DNA of 64,000 nucleotides from a virus (lineage: Duplodnaviria; Caudoviricetes): positions 26,636-90,635 of the IMG/VR virus record IMGVR_UViG_2895442618_000001; one strand, 5' to 3'. The translations under genes were made by a program, and so were the position numbers. Position 1 is the stretch's first letter. Each line of letters starts with the position of its first letter. The notes beneath the pieces are model-generated. The model had not been told where the DNA came from and ran no database searches. It worked only from the letters and a program-made list of their open reading frames with translations. Shown here piece by piece: positions 52,342 to 61,767 of the stretch.

Positions 52342-52739
52342 GCCACACCGCCGAACAGGTGGTTGGCCAGGGCGGTCTTGAACTCCATCTCGGTGGCCGG
52401 GCGGACGGTCGGCTGGTGCTCGGCGTACTCGTCGGCGGCGCTGAGCGTCAGGAACAGCTCGGCCGCCTCTTCCGCGTCCAGCAGGCCGACCGGGCGGTCC
52501 GAGCCGGGAGCGATCGGGGCGCGCTGCCCGTCCACCTCCACCACCCACTTGCCGTGACCGGTAGAGCGGGGCATCAGGGCCAGGCCCTCGTCCAGGAGGC
52601 AGTCCTCCAGCGCGGTCGCGTCGTCCAGTTCGTGGCCGGAGTCGCTGCCGTCGCCCTGCTGCCAAGTGCTTATGGCGCGGGAGATGGCCTCACGGCGGGC
52701 CTGGTACGGGTTCTTCGTCTCGGGGGTTTCGGTGCTCAT
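52338..52739 (-). CDS. Hypothetical protein
   Basis: 133 aa, AAGGA RBS. Confidence 0.55.
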   Translation of the reverse strand: MSTETPETKNPYQARREAISRAISTWQQGDGSDSGHELDDATALEDCLLDEGLALMPRSTGHGKWVVEVDGQRAPIAPGSDRPVGLLDAEEAAELFLTLSAADEYAEHQPTVRPATEMEFKTALANHLFGGVA

Positions 52740-52905
52740 GCTGCGTCCTTCGGGGAGTCGTAGGGGTGGATGTGAGGGGTGGAGGTGCGCGGCCGGGTGA
52801 AGGACTCCACGACCGGCTCAAGGCCGACCAGGAAGGCGAGGGCAGACCAGCCCGTCAAGCTGCCGTGACGGCAGTGGAGACCCCGGCGGCGGGCGAACAG
52901 GCGGC

Positions 52906-53364
52906 TCACGAGACGCTCCCCGCGCGGCGCTCTTCCTCGATCGCGCCCTCCCACCGCTCGAACGACTGGTCCGCAGGACCCGCAGGGGCGGCAACGGGCG
53001 ACTTGTGCCGGTCCGGCCAGCACACCTTGCCGTTCTTGACCAGCTCCCGGCCGGAGTGCGTCCACTCGCCCTCGACCTGCACGACCTTCTCGCCGCAGGC
53101 TGAGCACTTCGCCACGCTCGCGGCGGGCGGCTCGGCCGCCGGCAGGTCGGCGCTGGCCTCGACGTCTTTCTGTGCCTGCCTCAACTCGGAGATGTACCTC
53201 TCGCCGTCTTCGATCTGGGCGACGAGGTGGTTCACCTGCTCCTGCAGTTTGGCGATCTCTCCGGTGACGCGCTGAATCTCGGGTCCGGTGAGGTTGCGGA
53301 ACAGGTCCACGACGGCCGGACGGTAGGCGACTCGCTGATCGAAAACGCTGCTGGTGGTGCTCAA
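52906..53364 (-). CDS. Hypothetical coiled-coil protein
   Basis: TTG 53364 after AGGAG; C-terminal CSACG...WTH. Confidence 0.55.
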   Translation of the reverse strand: MSTTSSVFDQRVAYRPAVVDLFRNLTGPEIQRVTGEIAKLQEQVNHLVAQIEDGERYISELRQAQKDVEASADLPAAEPPAASVAKCSACGEKVVQVEGEWTHSGRELVKNGKVCWPDRHKSPVAAPAGPADQSFERWEGAIEEERRAGSVS

Positions 53365-53457
53365 AACGATCTCCTGTTGGCGTGCTTGTTCGGGTTGATC
53401 GGAGTGGCTCGCCCTGGGGAGGGCGAGCACGAGGGGGGTCAGAGTTCGTGGAGGCGG

Positions 53458-54453
53458 CTACCGGACCCAGGCGTGGACCTTCTCCCCGCCGAGCATCGGA
53501 GCCCCTTCAGGGCCCTTGATGTGGGGGGCGATCCACACGGGGCGGTGGACGCCTCGGGACGGGTACCACTGCTGACGCCAGTGGCCTCGGACGATCCACT
53601 GGTGGTGGAACTCGCGGTCGGAGTCGCCGTGCTCGCTAGTGGTCTTTGCGCGGCGAAGCATGATGACTCGTACTCGGCTCGGCTCGATCTTCTGTCGCTC
53701 CAAGCGGCGGCGATCATGCCGCTTGTACTCCGCATCCGAGACGGTCGCCACTGGCTGCTGCATGAGCAGCCACGCCGATTTCAGGATGCGCATCCACCGC
53801 CCAGCACCCTCGCTGTCGTCAAGCCGCACAGGCCGATCGCCGTCGCTGCCGATGTCCGCAGTTATCGCCTCGGGGCTGAATGGAACGACGCTCACCTCGA
53901 TGCACATGAGGCGCGGGGCGTGGCGAAACGTCGCTATCCATCTGTCGAGATCTGCGCCGTTCTTGCCGGGGGTGACGTGCAGCCCAGCGTTGGCGAGAGC
54001 TTCCTCTCTGCCGAGATACCAGCTCACCCAGAGAGCCCCGTGCGGCATCATCGAAGGGTCCGTGACCAGTTCGCCACTCACATGCATGGGTCCCCAGGAA
54101 ACGGCCACGATTGGCGCTTGCTGCCGACCGTCTTCGCTAAGCTCGCCGATGTTGACCGGCTCCTCTAGGAACAGGAACCCGCAGGCAGACGGCAAGTCCT
54201 CTGGGAGGAGGTTGAAGGCGGGCAAGCCCTCGGACGCCGCGATGGCCAACGCCGACATATCGCCGCTCGCGAAGAACAACTCGGCTCGGCGCAACCGGTC
54301 GGCTTCTTCCTTGGCGACGGCGTCACCAAGGTCGCGGTCCTTGAAGACGAAGCGCTTCGCTAGTTCACCAAAAGCCCAGTCGCCAACGGCAGAAGACGTG
54401 AGTCGCGCGAGTTCTTCTCGCACCAGCGGCAAATCGACTGGACGGATGATCAC
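53458..54453 (-). CDS. Conserved phage protein of unknown function
   Basis: C-terminal HQWIVRGHWRQQWYP...WIAPHIKGP motif. Confidence 0.7.
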   Translation of the reverse strand: MIIRPVDLPLVREELARLTSSAVGDWAFGELAKRFVFKDRDLGDAVAKEEADRLRRAELFFASGDMSALAIAASEGLPAFNLLPEDLPSACGFLFLEEPVNIGELSEDGRQQAPIVAVSWGPMHVSGELVTDPSMMPHGALWVSWYLGREEALANAGLHVTPGKNGADLDRWIATFRHAPRLMCIEVSVVPFSPEAITADIGSDGDRPVRLDDSEGAGRWMRILKSAWLLMQQPVATVSDAEYKRHDRRRLERQKIEPSRVRVIMLRRAKTTSEHGDSDREFHHQWIVRGHWRQQWYPSRGVHRPVWIAPHIKGPEGAPMLGGEKVHAWVR

Positions 54454-55235
54454 GACGCACCGTCCAGAGGAAGCTCAGGCCAGCCGGGAGGGTCCATCGG
54501 CAGAGCGCGCTGCGCCGCAGCCTGAAGGCGGAGCTTCGTGGACTCGTACAGGTGGTACAGGCCCTTGATGTGGTGGGCATGGACCTCATAGGCGCTGCCG
54601 GTGTGCCAGAACATCGCCTCGTACTTGGCTTTCGGCCTGCGCTCGTCCTGGCGCAGCACACCGCCCTGCCGGAGCGTCTCGGTCAGGTCCTTAACGGAGA
54701 TCCGGACGCCGTACTCCTGCCGCATGAGCACCACGGCGTCGGTAAAGGGGAAGGTCTTCGGCTGAAGCACCTGAGACTCGGCTTGCTGCATCGCCCTGCT
54801 CGCGAGGTAGATCTCCCGAGCGCGCTCTTCCACATCAAGCAGGTGCTTGCGGACGCCCTCCGCCACGGGCGACTCAGTGAGCATCTGCCCGACATTGAGG
54901 ATCGTCCGGCGGGTAAAGGTCGTCACGGTGTTCTGCGAAGAGGCCAGGGACAGGGTGTCCCCGCCCTCAGGGGCGACCGCGTTGACGACGGCGAACTCTC
55001 GATACTCCTCGCCGCGCCGCACCCGCATGCCGTTGCGTTCGAGTTCCTTGCGGTTGCGCTGGATTACCTTCTTGATCACGTCCAGGCTCACCTCGAAGTA
55101 ATCGGCGACGCCAGGCGTGTCAACGTGCTCGCCGTCCGGGAAGAACGTGAGCGCCTTCACCTTGTCCAGGACATCGACGCGATCCATGTACTGGGCTCGC
55201 AGAGACGGGCTCTCAGTGAGAGCAAGTTCGTTCAT
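54450..55235 (-). CDS. Antirepressor-like DNA-binding protein
   Basis: VLDKVKAL, VADYFEV, FTRRTILNVGQMLTESPVA; KilAC-like C-terminus. Confidence 0.65.
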   Translation of the reverse strand: MNELALTESPSLRAQYMDRVDVLDKVKALTFFPDGEHVDTPGVADYFEVSLDVIKKVIQRNRKELERNGMRVRRGEEYREFAVVNAVAPEGGDTLSLASSQNTVTTFTRRTILNVGQMLTESPVAEGVRKHLLDVEERAREIYLASRAMQQAESQVLQPKTFPFTDAVVLMRQEYGVRISVKDLTETLRQGGVLRQDERRPKAKYEAMFWHTGSAYEVHAHHIKGLYHLYESTKLRLQAAAQRALPMDPPGWPELPLDGAS

Positions 55236-55480
55236 CGGTGGGACTCCCCCGAGTCGGCTGGGATGACTTCCCAGATGTCGCCGAATGCGACGTCGTCATT
55301 GAGTGCCGCCATCAGCGATGCGATGAAGTCCTGGGACGGTTTGGCCCTGCCGCGCATGACCCGGTTGACGGTCCCTCTGTCCGCGCCCATGGCGGCGGCG
55401 AGGTCGCCTTCGGTCTTGAGGCCGGCACGGACTCGGTGCTTGGCCAGCTCGTCCTTACGGAGCCGGAGCGTGGCATTCAC
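55232..55480 (-). CDS. Cro-like HTH protein
   Basis: LAAAMGADRGTVNRVMRGRAKPS. Confidence 0.75.
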   Translation of the reverse strand: MNATLRLRKDELAKHRVRAGLKTEGDLAAAMGADRGTVNRVMRGRAKPSQDFIASLMAALNDDVAFGDIWEVIPADSGESHR

Positions 55481-55611
55481 TGTGGTCTCCTCTCTCCAAA
55501 TAGGTGGGCCGGTCGCAACGCCTGATGCGTGTACGCCTCAGTGTACGGCGTGAGTGCCGTAGCCCTCAAGTCATATCGGCAGTTCTCTTGGCCACATGGA
55601 CCGTGATCGCC

Positions 55612-55641
55612 TGGACGGGGTGAGGCGTGGACGCCTACCCT
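55612..55641 (+). promoter_or_regulatory. Leaderless promoter with overlapping palindrome
   Basis: TGGACG-N18-TACCCT-N7-ATG; AGGCGT-GG-ACGCCT at 55623-55636. Confidence 0.55.
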
Positions 55642-55648
55642 GTTGCGC

Positions 55649-55939
55649 ATGAGTTGGTGGACGTACGTTCAGCAGATCGCCGGGCAGGCGTCCGCACGCG
55701 AGATCTCCCGGCGAACCGGCATCGGCCAGACCAGCGTCAACCGCTGGCAGCACGCCTCGCCGAAACCCGAAAACGTCGCCACCTTCGCCCGCACCTACGA
55801 ACGGCCCGTGCTCGAAGCCTTCGTGGCTGCTGGCTTCCTCACCGAGGAAGAGGCCGGGACGACCGAGATCCCCACGGATCTCACGTACGTTCCAGGAGAG
55901 GTCCTGATCGCGGAGATGAAGCGCCGCCTCAAGTACTGA
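55649..55939 (+). CDS. XRE-family repressor-like protein
   Basis: SAREISRRTGIGQTSVNRW...VLEAFVAAGFLT. Confidence 0.8.
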   Translation: MSWWTYVQQIAGQASAREISRRTGIGQTSVNRWQHASPKPENVATFARTYERPVLEAFVAAGFLTEEEAGTTEIPTDLTYVPGEVLIAEMKRRLKY

Positions 55940-56023
55940 CACCCCTCTCCCCTCCCTTCCTGAGGTCTGGTGGTCTAGGTGTGTGCCGCGCCCGCCCCCG
56001 AGCGGGCGCGGAAGATCAGAGGG

Positions 56024-56416
56024 TCAGAACGGAGCGCCGTCGATCGGCTCCCACGGGTGGACAGTCAGGCGGCGAACCCATGCCTGACGTCCCTTCTCGG
56101 GAGCCTTGAGCGCCTCGCCAGGGGTCACCCGGTACGGGTGGTGCTTGTTCGGCGGGATGTCGCGCTGGTCGGTCGTGGCGAACTCTTCGCGGCCCGGCAG
56201 CGCCTCCCACTCGGCGATCCGCCGGCGGGCCTCACGCAGTTCCGCGATGAGGACGGGAACGTTCAGGTACACCACGTGAGCCCACGCGGGGAGAGCTCCG
56301 GGCTCGCCTGAGAGGTCGTACAGCTTCTCCAGGTCGTCCAGGTCGAGCGGCGGTTCCTGCTCGGGCTCGCCGGGCTCTCGGTCGTTCGGCTCGTGCAGGT
56401 CGTCTACGTGCGTCAT
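56024..56416 (-). CDS. Hypothetical protein
   Basis: 130 aa, GAGGAG RBS. Confidence 0.6.
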   Translation of the reverse strand: MTHVDDLHEPNDREPGEPEQEPPLDLDDLEKLYDLSGEPGALPAWAHVVYLNVPVLIAELREARRRIAEWEALPGREEFATTDQRDIPPNKHHPYRVTPGEALKAPEKGRQAWVRRLTVHPWEPIDGAPF

Positions 56417-56426
56417 GGGGGTCTCC

Positions 56427-56759
56427 TCAGGGGGTGTCGAGGTCGGAGGGCGAGCCGTACTCGATCAGGTCGGCACGGCGGGCAAGGTCCCGCTCCTGTG
56501 CGGCGAGGCAGACATCGCACGTGCCGCAGGGCCACAGCCCGGTCTTGCGCAGGCACGGCGTCAGGTCCGTCACGCACTCCCCTCCCACCGGGTGCGTCAC
56601 CCGGCAGTGAGGGCAGCGCTCCACGTCCATCACGGCGGCGAGAACGTCGTCGTAGACCGTGCGGATGGTCCAGCAGGACCGGCAGGTGGCCTCCCGGCCC
56701 TCCACCATGTGAGGGCCGGTCGTGTCACAGTCGGGGCAGTACAGGGAGTGCTCCATCAC
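56427..56759 (-). CDS. Cys-rich hypothetical protein
   Basis: Several CxxC motifs. Confidence 0.55.
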   Translation of the reverse strand: MMEHSLYCPDCDTTGPHMVEGREATCRSCWTIRTVYDDVLAAVMDVERCPHCRVTHPVGGECVTDLTPCLRKTGLWPCGTCDVCLAAQERDLARRADLIEYGSPSDLDTP

Positions 56760-57265
56760 GCCACCTCCCTGGCGTCGATGGCCTGCCAGGTGCCGTCAGC
56801 GAGAGGGAGTGCCCAGCCGAGCCACTCCACCAGCACGGGCTCCGTGGCGGGGTTGGAGGTGCCGTTGGTGGACAGCCGCCACCCGTTGCCGAAGGCGTCG
56901 CACTTCTCCGGCTTCAGGGTCACCTCGCCGTGGCACAAGGTCAGAGGAGTCCCGCACAAGGTGATCAAGTTCGAGATGACGTTCGCCTTGCTCGAACCGC
57001 CCAGGCCGCGGTTCCGCCGGTGGTGGACGTTGCCGCCGCCGTACAGGTGCACCCCGCACTTCACGCAGCGGTCGCCGTCGCGCCGGCGAGCCTGAGCCTT
57101 CAGCGGGTCCAGTCCGCGGTTCGTCTTCGCCTGCCCCGACGACTTCTTCGCGGGTGGGTTGGCCTCGCGCTTGAGCCCTGCCCCGCGAGGCATCTCAGTC
57201 TTGCGCTGGAGCGGCTTGCCCTGCTTCAGGCCGGTCTTGCGGCGCGGCATCGGTGATCGCTTCAC
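56756..57265 (-). CDS. HNH-family nuclease
   Basis: RDGDRCVKCG...VHHRRNRGLGG...NLITLCG...CHGEV. Confidence 0.75.
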   Translation of the reverse strand: MKRSPMPRRKTGLKQGKPLQRKTEMPRGAGLKREANPPAKKSSGQAKTNRGLDPLKAQARRRDGDRCVKCGVHLYGGGNVHHRRNRGLGGSSKANVISNLITLCGTPLTLCHGEVTLKPEKCDAFGNGWRLSTNGTSNPATEPVLVEWLGWALPLADGTWQAIDAREVA

Positions 57266-57606
57266 AGCTGACCGCCCGCCAATTGCATCTCCGCCCGCGC
57301 CGTGGACTGGATGGTCCTGCCCACGTCGATCCGCGAATGGAGCGCCTTAACGTTTTCCTTCCGGAGCCGGACCAGCGCGGCAGCCTTGCCCCAGATCCGC
57401 CAGAGGTCGATCGTCTCTTCGGTGGCGATCTGCTTGCGGTCCTCAACCGACCCGACCGCGGTACGGAACGCCTTGGAGAAGGCAACCTTGAACTTTGCCT
57501 CATCCTCGACGGCCTGCTCTTCGGCCTTCCCGAGCTCCTTCACCGCCTCGTCCAGGTCGCGAGAGAGCTGGCCGAGCTGCTTGACGATCGTGAGCATCTC
57601 GCTCAT
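57262..57606 (-). CDS. Coiled-coil hypothetical protein
   Basis: 114 aa helical, coupled to recombinase gene. Confidence 0.65.
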   Translation of the reverse strand: MSEMLTIVKQLGQLSRDLDEAVKELGKAEEQAVEDEAKFKVAFSKAFRTAVGSVEDRKQIATEETIDLWRIWGKAAALVRLRKENVKALHSRIDVGRTIQSTARAEMQLAGGQL

Positions 57607-58574
57607 GACTGGCCTCCCTCAGAGTCGGCCACCTCGTCCTCGTCGTAGTGGAGCGGGTTGTCCTCGGCCGGCGCCGTGAACGGCGGCTCGTCAACGAAGT
57701 CGCCGCGGTTGAGTGCCGCCATCACCTGCGCGGCCTCGGCTCCGGTCAGGTCCTCGCTCTTGCCGATCTCGCGGTCGGCGACCTTGGCCATGTACGCCAG
57801 CCCCATGTCCGGGTCGGTGATGCCCTTCTCCGACAGGAGCTGCACGATCTGGAAGCGCTGGTGCTTGGTCGCCCCACCGGGTGTGGCGTCACCGTTCTTC
57901 GCCGCGGCGGTCTCGCGGATGGTCTCCCCCACGATGACGTCGCGCGGCTGCTCCTCATCGAGGTGGGCCATCTCGTCGTCGGTGTACAGGTCGCCCAAGT
58001 CCTCGGGGAACGCCTTGCGGAGCGCGAGCGCCTCCGCGCACTTGGCGGTCATCCCGGCCGGGTCGGTCTTCCACCGGTTCTTCGGCCTACCGTCCCGGTC
58101 GGTGTCGACGTACGCGCTGTACAGCGCCACAGCGGAGAACCGTTTGCCGTTCTTGATGACGGCGACCTTCGCCGCGGCGGGCGGCTCGCTGGCCAGCCAC
58201 ACCTCGTGCTGGGAGCCGTCAGGGCCGAACCAGATGGTGTCCTCGTACTCGTACTCGATGCTCGCGCGGCGTGCCGCCCGCTGGGCCAGGACACGGAACC
58301 CATCGATGCCGGTCTGCGGGGTGTAGACGGTGCGGTAGCTGCCGTCGCGCTGCTTCTGATTGCGGCCAACGAGGTACACCTGCTTGAGGAACGGGTCCAA
58401 GCCTCGCTTCTGGCACAGGTGGAGATAGCCGGCCAGGACGGCGTTCGGGCAGTCATCCGCGACGCCGAGCGTGGCGAGAACGGCGCGCTGGTAGGGCGTC
58501 CACATCGACTGCTCCGGCTGAATCGCCAGGGTTCCGTTTCCCTGCGTCGCCGGCAGGTTGTCGGTCACGGTCAT
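57603..58574 (-). CDS. RecT/Bet-like single-strand annealing protein
   Basis: GLDPFLKQVY, TGIDGFR, KCAEALALRKAFP, LYTDDEM. Confidence 0.88.
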   Translation of the reverse strand: MTVTDNLPATQGNGTLAIQPEQSMWTPYQRAVLATLGVADDCPNAVLAGYLHLCQKRGLDPFLKQVYLVGRNQKQRDGSYRTVYTPQTGIDGFRVLAQRAARRASIEYEYEDTIWFGPDGSQHEVWLASEPPAAAKVAVIKNGKRFSAVALYSAYVDTDRDGRPKNRWKTDPAGMTAKCAEALALRKAFPEDLGDLYTDDEMAHLDEEQPRDVIVGETIRETAAAKNGDATPGGATKHQRFQIVQLLSEKGITDPDMGLAYMAKVADREIGKSEDLTGAEAAQVMAALNRGDFVDEPPFTAPAEDNPLHYDEDEVADSEGGQS

Positions 58575-59506
58575 GCCGCAACTCCTCGAAGAAGATCGGA
58601 AAGGTCAGGAAGCTTCTGCTCGGTCACCAGGTACGGCGTGCCGCCGCCCTTCGCCTGTCGGCGGGCGAGCCGATAGCCGTCGTAGAAGGCGCGGTGCGCG
58701 GGCCCCATCGCCTCAAGCAGGCGGGTACGGGCCTTCTGTTCGCGCTCCTGCGCTTCACGGAGACTGGTGGTGGCGTCGATGAACTCGACCGCCAGGTCAA
58801 GGTCCGCGACGAACGCCGCGTCCTTATCGATGTCCGGGTGGAGTTTCCGCACCGCGGCGTAGGTGGCCGGGTGGTGGTCCAGGTCCGGCATCTCCCGCCA
58901 GTACAGCGACGACAGGAAATCCTCGGCCTGGTCGCGCATCCACACGCAGTCCTGGGCGTCGTAGTGGACGACGTACTCGCGGAACTCCAGCCGCCCCGTG
59001 AGGACGACGACGTACCAGACGTCCAGGCCGAGCGTGTCCATGTACCACTGGACCTGCGGCCGGTAGTAGGGCGGGATCTGATCCGTCCCCGGACGGCCCC
59101 AGCCGGACGCTTCGGCGTCGGTCTTCAACTCCAGCCCTGCCCGCACGCCCGGCTCAGGGAAGTGGCCGGGCATGCCGAGCAGCAGCCGGTCAGGGTTGGC
59201 GAGCTGGTAGTCCCGTTCGGCGTGCACGTACGTACCGGCCTCGCGCACCTCGTACTCGGGGTGCTGGTCGGCGAACCATGCCGCGATCCCAGCTTCCAGG
59301 TAGTGGCCGCGCGCCTGCTGCTTGGTCTGCTTGTCCTTCTCCACGAGCCCGGCCATCTGGCACCACACCGAGTACGGCGACTCCCACGGCGACAGACCCA
59401 GCAGGGCGGCCATGCGGGAGCCGCCGAGACGCTGAGCCCGAGCCGCGTCCCACTGAGGGGACCCACTCTCCCAGCGCCCCAGCAGGCGTCCCGTCGGCGT
59501 GCGCAT
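58571..59506 (-). CDS. YqaJ / lambda-type exonuclease
   Basis: LGGS, GHYLE, ANPDRL, LELKT, YRPQVQWYM. Confidence 0.88.
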   Translation of the reverse strand: MRTPTGRLLGRWESGSPQWDAARAQRLGGSRMAALLGLSPWESPYSVWCQMAGLVEKDKQTKQQARGHYLEAGIAAWFADQHPEYEVREAGTYVHAERDYQLANPDRLLLGMPGHFPEPGVRAGLELKTDAEASGWGRPGTDQIPPYYRPQVQWYMDTLGLDVWYVVVLTGRLEFREYVVHYDAQDCVWMRDQAEDFLSSLYWREMPDLDHHPATYAAVRKLHPDIDKDAAFVADLDLAVEFIDATTSLREAQEREQKARTRLLEAMGPAHRAFYDGYRLARRQAKGGGTPYLVTEQKLPDLSDLLRGVAA

Positions 59507-59814
59507 CAGGCGTTGTCTCCCTCGTCGTTGGGGGCATCCAGGGGCTTGATGTGGCGGGCGTAGACCGTCGCGTCGGTGTGCGACAGGGTGTTCCGAGCGG
59601 TGACCTCCCACTCGTGGCCCGCCCAGGCGTACCGGCTGTTGCGGACCTGACCCACGAGCCGGTTGGCGTCCTTGTAGTCGCCGACGAAGACCTTCGCCCA
59701 CTGGCCGGTCTTCTCGATCAGAGCGGCGATGGTGGGCGCCCATATGGAGGCGTCCCGCGGACCGTTGGCGGCTGGGGGCGGGTCCATGAAGACCGGCTCC
59801 ATGGGGGCGTTCAC
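59506..59814 (-). CDS. Hypothetical protein
   Basis: 102 aa, coupled. Confidence 0.6.
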   Translation of the reverse strand: MNAPMEPVFMDPPPAANGPRDASIWAPTIAALIEKTGQWAKVFVGDYKDANRLVGQVRNSRYAWAGHEWEVTARNTLSHTDATVYARHIKPLDAPNDEGDNA

Positions 59815-60173
59815 GTGCCCTTCTCCGTCCGGTACAGGTCTTCCGCTTCGCCGCCGATGTCGGGTCCGCCGCCCACGGTCGGCGTCTCCGCGTGCTCGGC
59901 CAGGAATGCGCCCTCTCGGGCGTCCAGCTCCGATGCGGGGCCGCGCTCCAGGACGTGGACCTCCCGCGACCCGTTCAGGTGCAGGTGGACCGTCTTGCCC
60001 TCGGGGTTCAGCGCGTCACACGTCAGCGCCTTGCAGGGGCCGTCCCCGCACGGGACCGGTTCACCGATCAGCAGCAGCGGCTTCGACCAGGACTCGCCGC
60101 GGCCCAACTTGCCGACCCGGACGCCGGCGATCTGGAGCCGGTCCCCGAGGTGGGCGCGAGAGAAGACCGTCAT
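59811..60173 (-). CDS. Hypothetical protein
   Basis: 120 aa, coupled. Confidence 0.55.
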   Translation of the reverse strand: MTVFSRAHLGDRLQIAGVRVGKLGRGESWSKPLLLIGEPVPCGDGPCKALTCDALNPEGKTVHLHLNGSREVHVLERGPASELDAREGAFLAEHAETPTVGGGPDIGGEAEDLYRTEKGT

Positions 60174-60475
60174 GACCCCGACTCCTCGCCGCCGATATCG
60201 AACCGCTCACCGGCGAACTCCTCGCCGCCCGTCACCAGGCGGATGGTCCGGATGTCGTCCTCCAGCGCCGACAGCACCAGCCGCCAATGCCCGCCGAACT
60301 CGCCGTGCATCTGGATCCGGCGGTCGTCATGGGTGACCTGGACACCGAGCAAGCCGCCGGCGAAGCCCATGTCGCGGCTGTGGTGGGTGATCTGGTGGCA
60401 CTGGACACGCTCGACGTGCCCCGACTTCCACGTGATCTCGTACGTCTGCAAGGGGCCGTAGTCGTAGTCGTTCAT
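60170..60475 (-). CDS. Hypothetical protein
   Basis: ATG 60475 MNDYDYGPLQTYEITWKSG. Confidence 0.6.
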   Translation of the reverse strand: MNDYDYGPLQTYEITWKSGHVERVQCHQITHHSRDMGFAGGLLGVQVTHDDRRIQMHGEFGGHWRLVLSALEDDIRTIRLVTGGEEFAGERFDIGGEESGS

Positions 60476-60822
60476 GCCGCGTCCCCCGTCTTCACCTCGA
60501 CGGGCGTCGGACAGTTGCACCCGTAGGCGCTGCACTGCTGGGTGAACGTCTTGCTCGGCTCGCGCTCACCGAACTTGCGGCCGGTGTGTTCGTTGACGAC
60601 CAGGTGGCCGCACTCGCAGCGGGCCCGAAGGTCGTCCTCCTCGCACCAGAAGCGACCACGCTTGTCGGCGGCGACAACGGCGTCAACGCTGTAGCCGACG
60701 CATGAGCCCTCGCCGATCTGCTCGCCGTCCTCCATGAGCCGTTCGGCCTCGTCGGCGTTCTCCGCCGTGACGAGGTACTCGTACTCCAGCAGGGCGCGGA
60801 TGATGAACTTCTGCTCAGGCAT
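60472..60822 (-). CDS. Hypothetical protein with C-terminal Cys motif
   Basis: CECGH...CSAYGCNC. Confidence 0.6.
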   Translation of the reverse strand: MPEQKFIIRALLEYEYLVTAENADEAERLMEDGEQIGEGSCVGYSVDAVVAADKRGRFWCEEDDLRARCECGHLVVNEHTGRKFGEREPSKTFTQQCSAYGCNCPTPVEVKTGDAA

Positions 60823-61075
60823 GCGCCGCTCCCGCCTTCTCGGCGAGGTAGGCGTCCACTCGGCGAGCGCTCGGGGTGGCGTCGATCTTCTCGACGGCGA
60901 GGAGCGTCCACCACATGCCGCCCGACCACACCTCCCGCTCCCCGCGAGCCAGAGCGGCCTCCCGGGTGGGCGGGTTCAGAGCGGTGACGACCACGCTGTA
61001 CGCGTCGTCGCGGTGGTAGGTGTCCCCCACCTCAAGGTCAGCCGCGATTCTGATCAGCGGCGGTATCTTTGTCAT
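60815..61075 (-). CDS. Hypothetical protein
   Basis: 86 aa with GAGAG RBS. Confidence 0.55.
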   Translation of the reverse strand: MTKIPPLIRIAADLEVGDTYHRDDAYSVVVTALNPPTREAALARGEREVWSGGMWWTLLAVEKIDATPSARRVDAYLAEKAGAAHA

Positions 61076-61157
61076 GGTCCTGCTCTCTCTCGATCAGTCG
61101 GTGCTCTGGAGCGGGATCAGCGAGGTCAGCCCGGGACGGCTGGCCTCGCGCTGTTTG

Positions 61158-61307
61158 CTAGGGGGTGAGGGCGCGGTGCCTGCCCTCGTAGGCGGCCAGC
61201 AGGTCCGCCAGCTCGTCCTCGAACGCGTCCAGGACGGCGAGCTCGGACACCCGCTGCGACAGGGCGGCGGTCATCTCGGCGGCGGCGATCCGCTCGGGGA
61301 TGCTCAT
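61158..61307 (-). CDS. Small hypothetical protein
   Basis: ATG 61307 after GGAGG. Confidence 0.45.
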   Translation of the reverse strand: MSIPERIAAAEMTAALSQRVSELAVLDAFEDELADLLAAYEGRHRALTP

Positions 61308-61419
61308 TTGCCGCACCTCCGGCAGGTGAGCGCCCCGTTTCGGTTGACCCCTCCACACCGGCACACCCATGTGGACGGCGTAGACGGCGGCAGCCACGGG
61401 GACGGGGGCTTCTTCGCCA

Positions 61420-61767
61420 TCACGACGCACCCCTAAGGCGCTGGGAGCGGTCCTTGGCGACGAGTCGGCGCACGTTGTTCCCGGCGCCAGCGGCTGCCGG
61501 CGGAGGTTGGGGGGTGCGTCGCTGCCTCGTCTGCCGGACCGGCTCGGCCTTCGGCTTGGGCTGCTGCGGTTCGGCGGCCTGCTCGTTGGGCCAGTGCTCG
61601 TGCTGCCGGTCGATCCACTCGACCATGGCGGGCGTGAACCGGTACTCGCCGAGAACCTTGGTCGACGGCCACTCCTTGCGCCATGCCTTTTCGGCGACGG
61701 CGCGTGCCTTGCAGCCGTACCGTTCGGCCAGGTCGCGCGTGGTGTAGAGCTTGCCCAGGTCGCTCAC
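61420..61767 (-). CDS. Excisionase-like HTH protein
   Basis: LYTTRDLAERYG...KVLGEYRFT. Confidence 0.65.
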   Translation of the reverse strand: MSDLGKLYTTRDLAERYGCKARAVAEKAWRKEWPSTKVLGEYRFTPAMVEWIDRQHEHWPNEQAAEPQQPKPKAEPVRQTRQRRTPQPPPAAAGAGNNVRRLVAKDRSQRLRGAS

